Source of the DNA: Candidatus Micrarchaeota archaeon
Lineage (GTDB): Archaea; Micrarchaeota; Micrarchaeia; Micrarchaeales; CABMGC01
Length of the DNA: 64,000 bases
NCBI GenBank assembly: GCA_021852055.1
Contig: JAJZOD010000003.1
Span: 82,846-146,845, forward strand
Direction: 5' to 3'
Shown: positions 16,644 to 25,296 of the stretch, piece by piece
Position numbering within the stretch: the stretch's first letter is position 1
How the letters are laid out: each line of letters opens with the position of its first letter
The notes under the pieces: generated by a model
What the model was told of the DNA's origin: nothing
The model's database searches: none
What the model saw: the letters and a program-made list of their open reading frames with translations, nothing else
Position numbers and translations under genes: made by a program

Positions 16644-18092
16644 ATGAAGAAAAACGTAAGCAGGACAAATAGGACAAATGCCTTAGATGCTATAATAATC
16701 ATCATTCTGCTGATACTTCCTATAATGACTTTCTATGCCATACTTAGCATACAAGGGCCCTCATGGGATATTACTGCAAGATACCTGAATGGGAAGACGC
16801 TGCTTAATTTTATAGCCGGCGGAGCACACAAAGGAAATGCATTTGCTGGCGAGTACTCAAACAATCTTGCTTATTATTTCGAGCCTTACCGTGAACCGCT
16901 GAGCACGCCTATATTTGCGGTTATTGATGCAGTCTCTTCGGATTCTATCCTTGTTTATATAATCCTGATTTTTGTGGCTTATGCTGCAGTTGTGTGGAGG
17001 CTCGGAAAGGAGCTCAATATAGACACAGTAACCATCCTTGCAGCCATGACTGGACCATACGCTGTATTTTTCTTTTTTGTGCCGAACGGTGGCGAGGGGC
17101 TCGCAGTCATATTCGTGATTCTTGGTATCATATACCTCCTCAAAAAGAATCCAGTATCCGGCCTGTTCTTCGGCATCGCAGTGCTCGGAAAGTATCCTGC
17201 ACTAATACTTCTGCCTATACTTATTTTGCTGTGGAATAAGAAGAAGTTTGCCATAGCAGCCATCCTTGCTGCTGCTCCTATCGTGGCATGGGGTGTTATA
17301 GACTGGGGGCTCTATGGCGTGCCATTCTACAGTTATCTTGCATCAATATCCTATGCAAATGTTGCCTCTGCGCCATCTTATATAAGCTGGTCAGCAGTCA
17401 TCGGTGTTATTGCCTACCCTGTTGTGTTCGCATGCATTGGCATTGCCGCAATTTTTGCCTGCAGAAAGCGCATAAGCCTGTTCTTCAATTATAAAAGCTA
17501 TATAAATTACAAAGCAAAGGTATTTGCCGTATTAGTTGTGCTTTCGCTGCTGGGTTATGCTGCAATACTTCCGCATAATAATGCATTCACGCAGGCGAGG
17601 TATGGTTTCCTGCTGGCAGCAGCGCTCATGGCTTCCTCTGCAGTTATAATGGGGCGGGCCGTCCTCACAGTTTACAAGGTCAAATACGCTGCAGCAGCAT
17701 TTGCCATTGCAGTACTTTTGGGTTATCTCGTGTATTCGTCATTTATTCTCAATACAGCCCAGCTTAAATATTATAATCCAGGAAACAAAGCAAGCATATA
17801 TGCTTATTCTGAAAACGTACTCAGCAGTTTCGGCTTCAATAATTGCAGGGTAGTCTCAAATGCATGGATACCAATGCTGTATTCGGGTTACGATGCATAC
17901 TCCCCATACATATTTTATGGTGATATGGAGCAAGAGCACTACCCTGTTGTAGTATTCAACTACACTGGAGTGTCAATGGGCAGCACCAGGTACCTGCCGC
18001 TTCTAAAAAACGACACTAAAGCGTATTCCGGAGCCAACTTTACGATTTATCTACCAAAAGAGGCATCATGCTACAACTACACCGAACAATAA
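16644..18092 (+). CDS. Polytopic membrane protein, possible GT-C-type glycosyltransferase
   Basis: More than 10 predicted TM helices followed by a C-terminal soluble tail. It lies adjacent to a processive GT2. Assignment rests on architecture only. Confidence 0.4.
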   Translation: MKKNVSRTNRTNALDAIIIIILLILPIMTFYAILSIQGPSWDITARYLNGKTLLNFIAGGAHKGNAFAGEYSNNLAYYFEPYREPLSTPIFAVIDAVSSDSILVYIILIFVAYAAVVWRLGKELNIDTVTILAAMTGPYAVFFFFVPNGGEGLAVIFVILGIIYLLKKNPVSGLFFGIAVLGKYPALILLPILILLWNKKKFAIAAILAAAPIVAWGVIDWGLYGVPFYSYLASISYANVASAPSYISWSAVIGVIAYPVVFACIGIAAIFACRKRISLFFNYKSYINYKAKVFAVLVVLSLLGYAAILPHNNAFTQARYGFLLAAALMASSAVIMGRAVLTVYKVKYAAAAFAIAVLLGYLVYSSFILNTAQLKYYNPGNKASIYAYSENVLSSFGFNNCRVVSNAWIPMLYSGYDAYSPYIFYGDMEQEHYPVVVFNYTGVSMGSTRYLPLLKNDTKAYSGANFTIYLPKEASCYNYTEQ

Positions 18093-18188
18093 AAACAGCC
18101 AAATTTTACGGCTGCATAACACACAGCTGCACAGGATTTACGCTGCAGCATCCGCATTCCTTCTGCAGGCAATGCCAATATATTTATA

Positions 18189-19823
18189 TTGTTGGATAAT
18201 AAGATTTATCTGAAGCCGATACTGGCTAAAATTAAGCCTACTGATACCATGAAGAACATAAACGCTGACTACATAACACGCCTGTTTTCAGTTGTGCTAT
18301 TCGCATTCCTTACAATATTCGGGGCATTTTTCTTTGTATATCTTGTTATATACGCGCACAGCCTTTACAGCTACCTGCTCGCATTCTCATATCTTATTTT
18401 AATGCTGATATCCGGCTTCTTCAACATATTCACTGCATATGCATATTACCGCTCTTACTTCTATTACAAGTATCTTGACGGTATAAAGAGAAAAATTTCA
18501 TATTCTGCAGATAAAAAAAGCGTGCAAAACAAACCAAGCGTTGCAATAGTAATGTCAACTTTCAATGAAGACACCTCAGTAGTTAAAAGAAACCTCCAAC
18601 GTCTTCTTAAATTAAATTACCCTAAGGAAAAGCTGGCCTTTTATCTGCTTGATGATTCTACCGAGCCTACAATAATAACAGAGATGCGCAGTTTCTGCGG
18701 GAAGTTAGGCATAAAATACATACACCGGCAAAAAAGGCGCGCATACAAGGCCGGCGCGCTGAATAATATGCTCAAGTACTCAAAAGAAGACCTGATAGCC
18801 TACTTCGATTATGATGAGTATCTTGTAAACTTGAACTTTGTGCAGGATCTCGTGCCATATTTTGCAGACAAAAAGCTTACCTACATACAGACGGAGAAAA
18901 GCTACGCAAAGGGCAACTTCTTCTCAGACACAGTCGCACTTATAGACGGCTTCTTTTTCAAGTTCGTCCAGCCGGCAAGGGCTCTTGATAATACGGCAAT
19001 ATTTGCAGGTTCGTGCGGTATTATACGCAGGAAGCATCTGGTCGCAATGAAAGGATTTCCCGAATACATAACAGAAGACTCCTTCTTCAGTTTTGAGACT
19101 GATATGAACGGCTACAAAAGCCTTTATCTACCAAAGGTATACGCATTGGGCAAGCCAATAACAACATTTACTGAACTGGTCAGGCAGCAGTGGAGGTATA
19201 ATTACGGCGGAACCCAGTTTATAAGTTACTTTGCCGAAAGGCTGCGCCACAGAAACAAAGAGCGAAAGGTCTCAAGGCTTTCGATAGTGGATTACGCAAT
19301 GCACGGCTTCGGCTTAAACTATATATCGGTCATAGCAATAATATTTACTATCTTCTCCATACTGGTAACATTTTCACAGCTTCCTATAGTGAGTGTCAGC
19401 ATAAGCCAGCTGTTTCAGCCAAGCCTCATAAACCTTGATTTGGAGATATTCGGCATGGGTGTACTGTTTGCGTCTGTGTTAATGCCGATGATGCTCACAA
19501 AGATATACTTCGGTTCGTTCAAAAAAGGCATAATGTTCTTCTTCCTAACGTTTGCCCTGGTATTCGTACGGGCCAAGGCAGCCGCTGCAGCCGTATTCAA
19601 GACAAGCAGGAAGATAGTATGGGATAAAGATTCAATTAACGGAAACTACGGAAAGTTTGTATATGCATTTAGAAACTCATTGGCTGAATCGTCTTTCTCC
19701 CTCATATTAATGCTTCTGGGCGCTATGGCCATGGTAATAGGCAACCTGTTCGGCGGCTTCTGGCTTCTGTGGTATGCTGCCCTATACCTGATGACACCGT
19801 TAATGTTCTATAAATACGGCTGA
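18189..19823 (+). CDS. Membrane-embedded processive family-2 glycosyltransferase (cellulose/chitin-synthase-like)
   Basis: VAIVMSTFNE, DDST, an FDYDEY acidic motif, the QxxRW signature (RQQWRY) and flanking TM helices. The 18189 start is TTG and the first ATG is at 18249. Confidence 0.75.
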   Translation: MLDNKIYLKPILAKIKPTDTMKNINADYITRLFSVVLFAFLTIFGAFFFVYLVIYAHSLYSYLLAFSYLILMLISGFFNIFTAYAYYRSYFYYKYLDGIKRKISYSADKKSVQNKPSVAIVMSTFNEDTSVVKRNLQRLLKLNYPKEKLAFYLLDDSTEPTIITEMRSFCGKLGIKYIHRQKRRAYKAGALNNMLKYSKEDLIAYFDYDEYLVNLNFVQDLVPYFADKKLTYIQTEKSYAKGNFFSDTVALIDGFFFKFVQPARALDNTAIFAGSCGIIRRKHLVAMKGFPEYITEDSFFSFETDMNGYKSLYLPKVYALGKPITTFTELVRQQWRYNYGGTQFISYFAERLRHRNKERKVSRLSIVDYAMHGFGLNYISVIAIIFTIFSILVTFSQLPIVSVSISQLFQPSLINLDLEIFGMGVLFASVLMPMMLTKIYFGSFKKGIMFFFLTFALVFVRAKAAAAAVFKTSRKIVWDKDSINGNYGKFVYAFRNSLAESSFSLILMLLGAMAMVIGNLFGGFWLLWYAALYLMTPLMFYKYG

Positions 19824-19832
19824 GGCTGTGTT

Positions 19833-20147
19833 ATGCTATACATCAAACTGTACGAAACAGAAAAAGGAAGCATAGTAGCCCTGTGCGATGAAGGTCTTCT
19901 GGGGAAGAAGTACACAGACAAGCGCACCGGTGCAGAGCTTGATCTTAATAAGTACTCGGACTTTTATAAAGGCGACCTTGTCAATGCAGAGGAGGCAAAG
20001 CGAATAGTCTCACAAGAGTACATCTATTCTGCAAATGTGGTCGGCAATGAATCCGTAAGCCTTATGGTCGATGTTGGCCTTGCAGCAAGTGATGAGATAA
20101 AAATTATCGCCAAAGTCCCCTCTCTCCATATATATCGCCTGCTGTAA
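19833..20147 (+). CDS. DUF424-family protein
   Basis: MLYIKLYETEKGSIVALCDEGLLGKKY... matches the DUF424 pattern. The last 9 codons lie within the 37-bp repeat. Confidence 0.55.
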   Translation: MLYIKLYETEKGSIVALCDEGLLGKKYTDKRTGAELDLNKYSDFYKGDLVNAEEAKRIVSQEYIYSANVVGNESVSLMVDVGLAASDEIKIIAKVPSLHIYRLL

Positions 20148-20152
20148 TTATG
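20116..20152 (+). repeat. Left copy of a 37-bp imperfect direct repeat (exact 23-bp core atatatcgcctgctgtaattatg at 20130-20152)
   Basis: Aligns with 23706-23742 at a constant offset of 3590 nt with 3 mismatches. It covers the DUF424 C-terminal codons PSLHIYRLL and the stop codon. Confidence 0.9.
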
Positions 20153-20366
20153 CCTTAGCCTTTCACTGCGCTGGGTCAAAGTAGCTTTGACATAATAATT
20201 TAGTAAGAGTTTAAGATTGCTACGGGCAAATTTTGTCATTCGATGACAATCATCAGGAAACTGCAAAACGCACGAAAATTCTGCCGTCGAAGCCGTAAAA
20301 TTTTTGAACTGTTACGCGCTCACGGAAACCTTATTATCCTTTGCTATCTGAGAATAAAACAGTAAG

Positions 20367-21107
20367 GTGTTAGATATGGCAGACATAGGAAGAGTGAAGA
20401 CCGGAATACCGGGATTCGATGAACTTGTGGAAGGCGGAATACCAAACGGCAGTTTCGTAGTCGTGACTGGCGGCCCCGGAACAGGCAAGACGATACTTGG
20501 CCTGCAGTTCCTCGAGAATGGGATAAACCAGTACAAAGAGAAGGGAATTTTCATCAGTGTAGAGCAGTCGAAACCAGAGATACTCCGCCAGGCAGGGCAG
20601 TTCGGCTGGAACCTTGGGAAGATGGAGAAGGAAGGGAATCTTCGCATAATAATCCTAAGCACGCGCGACCTCTTCGATGCCTCAGAGGTCGAGAAGGTGA
20701 TATCCGCTATAAGGGAGGACCACTACTCAAGGGTCGTTATCGACAGCATCACCTCGTTCGTGATGACACCGCCGTCTCCCTCGACTGTAACACATAGCAT
20801 ATCCAACAAACAGGATGTCGGTGCTTTCGGCGAGCTGAGACGCGCCAGTGCAGCGATGCTCATAGACAGGATAAAGACAAGCGGAGTTACTGCATTGGGC
20901 CTTGCACAAAAGGTGGACGGCATGCCAGGATTGACAGCCGACACAATAAGCGAGTTCAAGGGCGACGGGCTGGTAATGTTATCCATTGTGGAAACAGGAG
21001 GAGATGTAAGTCGCATCCTGAAGGTGCTTAAGATGAGGAGTTCGAACAATGATCTTAATACCAAAAAATTCTCCATCAAGAAGGGCACCGGGATTGTTAT
21101 AGAATAG
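20367..21107 (+). CDS. Single-domain KaiC/RadA-like (RecA-superfamily) ATPase
   Basis: IPGFDELVEGGIPNGSFVVVTGGPGTGKT (Walker A) and VVIDSI (Walker B). Size is 246 aa. Confidence 0.85.
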   Translation: MLDMADIGRVKTGIPGFDELVEGGIPNGSFVVVTGGPGTGKTILGLQFLENGINQYKEKGIFISVEQSKPEILRQAGQFGWNLGKMEKEGNLRIIILSTRDLFDASEVEKVISAIREDHYSRVVIDSITSFVMTPPSPSTVTHSISNKQDVGAFGELRRASAAMLIDRIKTSGVTALGLAQKVDGMPGLTADTISEFKGDGLVMLSIVETGGDVSRILKVLKMRSSNNDLNTKKFSIKKGTGIVIE

Positions 21108-21119
21108 AGTGTTGTCTAG

Positions 21120-22238
21120 ATGCCTGCACTGGATAGGGTTAAAGATTTCTTTATAAAAAACATCTTGATACCTAAAGTATTCCGAATAGATATCCCAGGG
21201 TATGTGGCAGGCAAGTTTTATACGATAGAAGGGCAGTCGGTATTTGTAAGAAATGTTTTTGTTCCAGAAACGTTCTTCATTAAATTGGAGCATCTGGTGA
21301 TAAAAGAGATGGGTGCGGAAGGTGTGATTCAGTTATACCGCATCGGGAAGCAGTTTGGATACAGATTCTCACAGACGAACAGATTTCCACTGGACAATCC
21401 TGCCAAGGCTATTGTACTGGTTGCAAGCTTCTTTGAAACCTTATACGCAGATTCAATAAAATCCAAAGTAGATATACCTAACAAGATACTAGTACTGGAT
21501 ACTAAAGGATTAGTCATAACCCGAGAAAATGGCGGAGGTTACATTCTCACAATCGGCGGCTGTGCAGGAATCTGGGGTTATTTAGTGGGGGATTACTCTG
21601 TCGAGTGTTCTTCACGAAAGATAGGGAATGAAGAATACGAGTTGGTAAGTGCCGCTCCCAGCGTATTGGAGAAGGAACATCTTGATATTGTACGCTGTAT
21701 TGAGAAGCCGCAGAAGTTAAATGTAACAAGTTACAATTTATATAATCAGCCCCCTCTGGAGATTTCTGAAACGGCCCCCACCATAGATAAACTCATGACC
21801 GAGTCAGGCGTAATCTCTTATAAAGGAGGGAGGCTGCATTTATCAGTGTCAAATGTTAGATTTATTCCGATAGAGATATCCTTGCTGTCAGAAGTAAGCA
21901 TCCTTCCGGCAAAATTTGTTTCTAAGGCGGCTTATGATTCCTTCTACGAAATTGGTAAAAATACAACCAAACAGAAGGATCCATACTTGTTCATAGCTGA
22001 ATTGTTAACTGCATTTGGATTTGGAATAGTGGATGTCATAGTAAAAAAGAATAGCAGAGTCTTCAACATGAGAGGCTATCCCTATCTCACGGAAGCTTAT
22101 AAAAACACGGATTTCTCTTTCATAACAAGCATTTTGCGCGGATTTTTGGATGGAAATACACTGGAGACCCATTCTGCAGTTGGTGTATCCTCAAAAATAT
22201 CTGGTAACATGTTTATACTTACAATAGAGATTAAATGA
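21120..22238 (+). CDS. Uncharacterised 372-aa protein with two V4R-like (4-vinyl-reductase / hydrocarbon-binding) halves
   Basis: The N-terminal half reads ...VPETFFIKLEHLVIKEMGAEGVIQLYRIGKQFGYRF...GGCAGIWGYLVG. The C-terminal half reads ...FIPIEISLL...AAYDSFYEIGKN...ELLTAFGFG. This is pattern resemblance only. It starts 12 nt after kaiC-like and overlaps the next gene by ATGA. Confidence 0.4.
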   Translation: MPALDRVKDFFIKNILIPKVFRIDIPGYVAGKFYTIEGQSVFVRNVFVPETFFIKLEHLVIKEMGAEGVIQLYRIGKQFGYRFSQTNRFPLDNPAKAIVLVASFFETLYADSIKSKVDIPNKILVLDTKGLVITRENGGGYILTIGGCAGIWGYLVGDYSVECSSRKIGNEEYELVSAAPSVLEKEHLDIVRCIEKPQKLNVTSYNLYNQPPLEISETAPTIDKLMTESGVISYKGGRLHLSVSNVRFIPIEISLLSEVSILPAKFVSKAAYDSFYEIGKNTTKQKDPYLFIAELLTAFGFGIVDVIVKKNSRVFNMRGYPYLTEAYKNTDFSFITSILRGFLDGNTLETHSAVGVSSKISGNMFILTIEIK

Positions 22239-23107
22239 ATAACAGACTAAAAGGCGTAAGAGAGGCATTCAATCTACCAATATTGTTAGTTGTGGTTCCA
22301 ACAGTTGCATTAGGCTTTCTCGCAGGAGGATCTACAAACATTCTCCTTCTGCTCGACTCTTTAGCTTTGATTGTGCTGATGAGCATCAGTGCGAATGTAA
22401 TAAACAACTATGCGGATTGGGATATAGACATAATGAATAGGAAACGCAATATTATGCACGAAACATGGCGTCGGAACGAGCTTTTGGCGTTTTACCTTAT
22501 TCTGTTAGTTGTACTCTTTGTGATTGCCTTCCTGTCAAATGCAAGCATGTATCTTTGGATAACGGTAGTCTTACTGGTTATTCTTGGTATATGCTATTCA
22601 ATCACCATCAGACTGAAGAACATTGTCCCGCTGAATTACATTGCAATAGCCGGTGCGTATGGTTTCCTGTCTTTTTACATGGGCTTTTTCGCATCTTCTT
22701 TCTCTTCATCCAAGTTCTGGTTGTGGATACCGGTGCCACTGTTCCTATTTGCAATGGATTTGGGGTATTCAATAACTAAGGATTACAGTGATGTGATTGG
22801 GGATAAGGCATACGGCAAGAAAACGCTACCTCTGGTAATAGGAAAATCCGAATCCGTGAAGGTGCAAACGGTAATTATTACAATTGCGTATGTGTTTTTG
22901 TTCCTGTTAATACTATTTGGCAAGTTGAGTTATGCATTTTCAGTTCTATTTCTGTCTTATCTATTTGCACTTTATATACTCTGGCAAACCAGATCTACAG
23001 ATAACAATAAGCTCCTTCGAAATGCACATCTTGAGGCTCAGCTTAATGGATTGTTAGCAAGATTCATAATGATTACGATACTTTTACTTGCTCTTGCGGA
23101 AATCTAG
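22235..23107 (+). CDS. UbiA-family aromatic/isoprenoid prenyltransferase (about 8-9 TM helices)
   Basis: First Asp-rich motif NNYADWDID. Second motif KDYSDVIGDKAYGKKTLP. Confidence 0.8.
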   Translation: MNNRLKGVREAFNLPILLVVVPTVALGFLAGGSTNILLLLDSLALIVLMSISANVINNYADWDIDIMNRKRNIMHETWRRNELLAFYLILLVVLFVIAFLSNASMYLWITVVLLVILGICYSITIRLKNIVPLNYIAIAGAYGFLSFYMGFFASSFSSSKFWLWIPVPLFLFAMDLGYSITKDYSDVIGDKAYGKKTLPLVIGKSESVKVQTVIITIAYVFLFLLILFGKLSYAFSVLFLSYLFALYILWQTRSTDNNKLLRNAHLEAQLNGLLARFIMITILLLALAEI

Positions 23108-23249
23108 CTCTGCACGGTTTCACTACTTGTAGTTATTTGGGGGTCAGGTAAATCTCCTCCGGCAAGACTCTCTGCCTCGAAAGATGCAAACCCCACTATA
23201 AGCGGTTGGGAGATTTCTCCGCACTAAATTAATTGGTCTGTTGATAGTC

Positions 23250-23700
23250 CTAAGTTATTTCAACTGAAGGGCATCGTAGCAGTGCTGTTTATCTGATTCC
23301 TATTTTCAATCACGATGGCTTTGTTTTCATATTGCCATAATGCTGTATAGGTTTCCTACGCTTTCTTTCACTGTCGTTCCAATACCTTCGTTTAGTACCA
23401 CAAACACAAGTTGTGTGTTTACCCTCTTCGCCTTATCCACTCCCTTCTCCAACTCTTCTCTCATCGCATTCGTCTGTCATTCGTAAATGGTCAGACTGCC
23501 AGTATCCTATGCTATCCTCCTCCTTGCTTTTATCGCGCCAACATGAACCAGTTCTTATCCAAATCGACAAACGCGAAATTACCTTTATCCTGCACCATGA
23601 GAATCGCCTTGCGCATAGGTCTTTGTGCTCCTCGCCTACTGCGAGAACTCCCATCTTGCGATCATGCGGTCGGGATCTATCACGTTAAGTCTCTTCACCG
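23250..23700 (-). pseudogene. Frame-disrupted gene remnant(s) of unknown family at the right end of the insertion
   Basis: Minus-strand fragments in three frames are separated by stops: MRKAILMVQDKGNFAFVDLDKNWFMLAR*, ...NAMREELEKGVDKAKRVNTQLVFVVLNEGIGTTVKESVGNLYSIMAI* and ENKAIVIENRNQINSTATMPFS*. Confidence 0.3.
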
Positions 23701-23705
23701 TCAAT

Positions 23706-23742
23706 TTCCCTCCCTCCACATATATCGCCTGCTGTAATTATG
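23706..23742 (+). repeat. Right copy of the 37-bp imperfect direct repeat
   Basis: See 20116-20152. It lies about 50 nt from the convergent NAC gene stop. Confidence 0.9.
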
Positions 23743-23793
23743 TCTTCTGCCCAGGCTATACGCTACAATGGGTCAAAAAATATCGGCAAGGCA

Positions 23794-24138
23794 TCATGAA
23801 AGCTTTAGTATAGCATCGGCTATGTTCCCACGAGCTTCCTCGAGTGCCTTTCTGGATTTTTCTTCATCTGCGCCTGTTTTCTCCATAACTATCTTTACAT
23901 CGTCCTCGCTTATTTCTACTGCAACCTTGTCTACGTGGCTTACAGAACCGCCTGTTATACTGAACGTTGTTGTGCCCTGCACTTCTATAAGCGTTACCGA
24001 AGGGCCCTCTATAACTATATCGCCGTCAGCACTGCTTATGGTTACCTTGTCTGCGGGTATCTCCGTGCTCTTCATGCCCATGCTGTCCATCATCCTCTTC
24101 AGCGCCCTAGGGTCCATATTAGGCATCATAAAAATCAC
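23794..24138 (-). CDS. nac: Nascent polypeptide-associated complex protein (archaeal NAC, NAC + UBA domains)
   Basis: NMDPRALKRMMDSMGMK...VIEGPSVTLIEVQG...EDDVKIVMEKTGADEEKSRKALEEARGNIADAI. Confidence 0.85.
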   Translation of the reverse strand: MIFMMPNMDPRALKRMMDSMGMKSTEIPADKVTISSADGDIVIEGPSVTLIEVQGTTTFSITGGSVSHVDKVAVEISEDDVKIVMEKTGADEEKSRKALEEARGNIADAILKLS

Positions 24139-24185
24139 TACATTAATTCCTATTTATTGTGCATCTACAATTATAAATAAGTTGT

Positions 24186-24491
24186 TTGCCTGTTATATAC
24201 ATGCGGGAAAACATCGGCAAGGCGAGCTTCAAGGTGCCTAAGGGAAAGCTGATTACTGCAAAGGTTGTTTACGGAAGCGAAATAAAGAGGGTTGAACTTA
24301 CAGGCGATTTTTTTATACATCCAGAAGAAGGTCTGTCTGTGATAGAGTCTTCAATTGAAGGAATGCCGTCCAATGCCCCTGAGGAAGATGTAGCTGCAGA
24401 AGTACAGTCTGCAATGGACGCAAACATGGTTCAGGCTATAGGGATAGATGCTTCTTCAGTTGCAAAGGTTGTAAAAAAGGCTATGGCATGA
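24186..24491 (+). CDS. lplB: Lipoate-protein ligase C-terminal-domain subunit (LplB-type, stand-alone)
   Basis: A 101-aa protein overlapping the lplA start by 4 nt. The pattern KVPKGKLITAKV...I..V.LTGDFFIHPEE is typical of the LplA C-terminal domain. Confidence 0.65.
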   Translation: MPVIYMRENIGKASFKVPKGKLITAKVVYGSEIKRVELTGDFFIHPEEGLSVIESSIEGMPSNAPEEDVAAEVQSAMDANMVQAIGIDASSVAKVVKKAMA

Positions 24492-25231
24492 AATGGCGCG
24501 TAATAAGCCTAGAAGAGCACGATGCTTTTTCCAACATGGCTATAGACGAGACTATTATGGCGCGGATTGCAAATAAGGAGGCCCACCCGACAATCCGGTT
24601 CTACACCTGGGAGCCCGGTGCTGTTTCAATAGGCAGATTTCAGAGCATGGCCGATGAAGTAAATCTCGAAAGGTGCAGGTCCCTCGGCATAGATTATGTG
24701 AGGCGCATAACAGGCGGAGGAGCTGTGTATCATTCCCATGGCGGCGAGATAACCTACAGCCTGATAGCGCCAGAGAAGCTTTTCAGCAAAGGCATACGGG
24801 AAAGCTACATGGAGATATGCTCTTATGTAATAAAAGGGCTCGAGGTTCTCGGAATCCATGCGGATTTCGCTCCGATAAACGATATATTAGTCAATGGCAG
24901 GAAGATATCTGGCAGTGCGCAAACAAGACGCCAGGGCGTACTGCTGCAGCACGGCACAATCCTTTACAAGCTAGATATACACGAAATGTTTTCCCTTCTT
25001 AACGTGAGCAGCGAGAAGATCTCCGACAAAGCTATAAAAAGCGCCGAGGACAGGGTCACATGCGTAAGCGATATTGCCGATGTCAGCCTTGAAGGGCTCT
25101 ACAAAGCCCTTTTATCAGGCTTTACCTCCGGCATAGACTATGAAATATCTAACCTTAGTAAGCAGGAGATTGATGATGCATCAGACCTCTCTGCATCGTA
25201 TAAAAGCGCGCAATGGAACATGATGCGATAG
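24488..25231 (+). CDS. lplA: Lipoate-protein ligase A catalytic subunit
   Basis: RRITGGGAVYH and GRKISGSAQ (catalytic Lys), within a BPL/LPL catalytic domain. Confidence 0.85.
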   Translation: MKWRVISLEEHDAFSNMAIDETIMARIANKEAHPTIRFYTWEPGAVSIGRFQSMADEVNLERCRSLGIDYVRRITGGGAVYHSHGGEITYSLIAPEKLFSKGIRESYMEICSYVIKGLEVLGIHADFAPINDILVNGRKISGSAQTRRQGVLLQHGTILYKLDIHEMFSLLNVSSEKISDKAIKSAEDRVTCVSDIADVSLEGLYKALLSGFTSGIDYEISNLSKQEIDDASDLSASYKSAQWNMMR

Positions 25232-25296
25232 GCTGCCTGCGCGGTGTTGAATTTCGATTCTATATAACTGCACGTTTCAGATAAACATACGCATAG

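Larger units (their letters stand above)
20153..23705. mobile_element. 3.6-kb insertion between the duplicated DUF424 3' ends. Carries the KaiC-like / V4R-like / UbiA operon and a decayed right arm
   Basis: The flanking 37-bp repeats regenerate the same C-terminal peptide and stop codon. Two perfect 7-bp-stem hairpins lie at the left end (20175-20191 and 20233-20249). The right 600 bp has no intact ORF. Confidence 0.45.
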
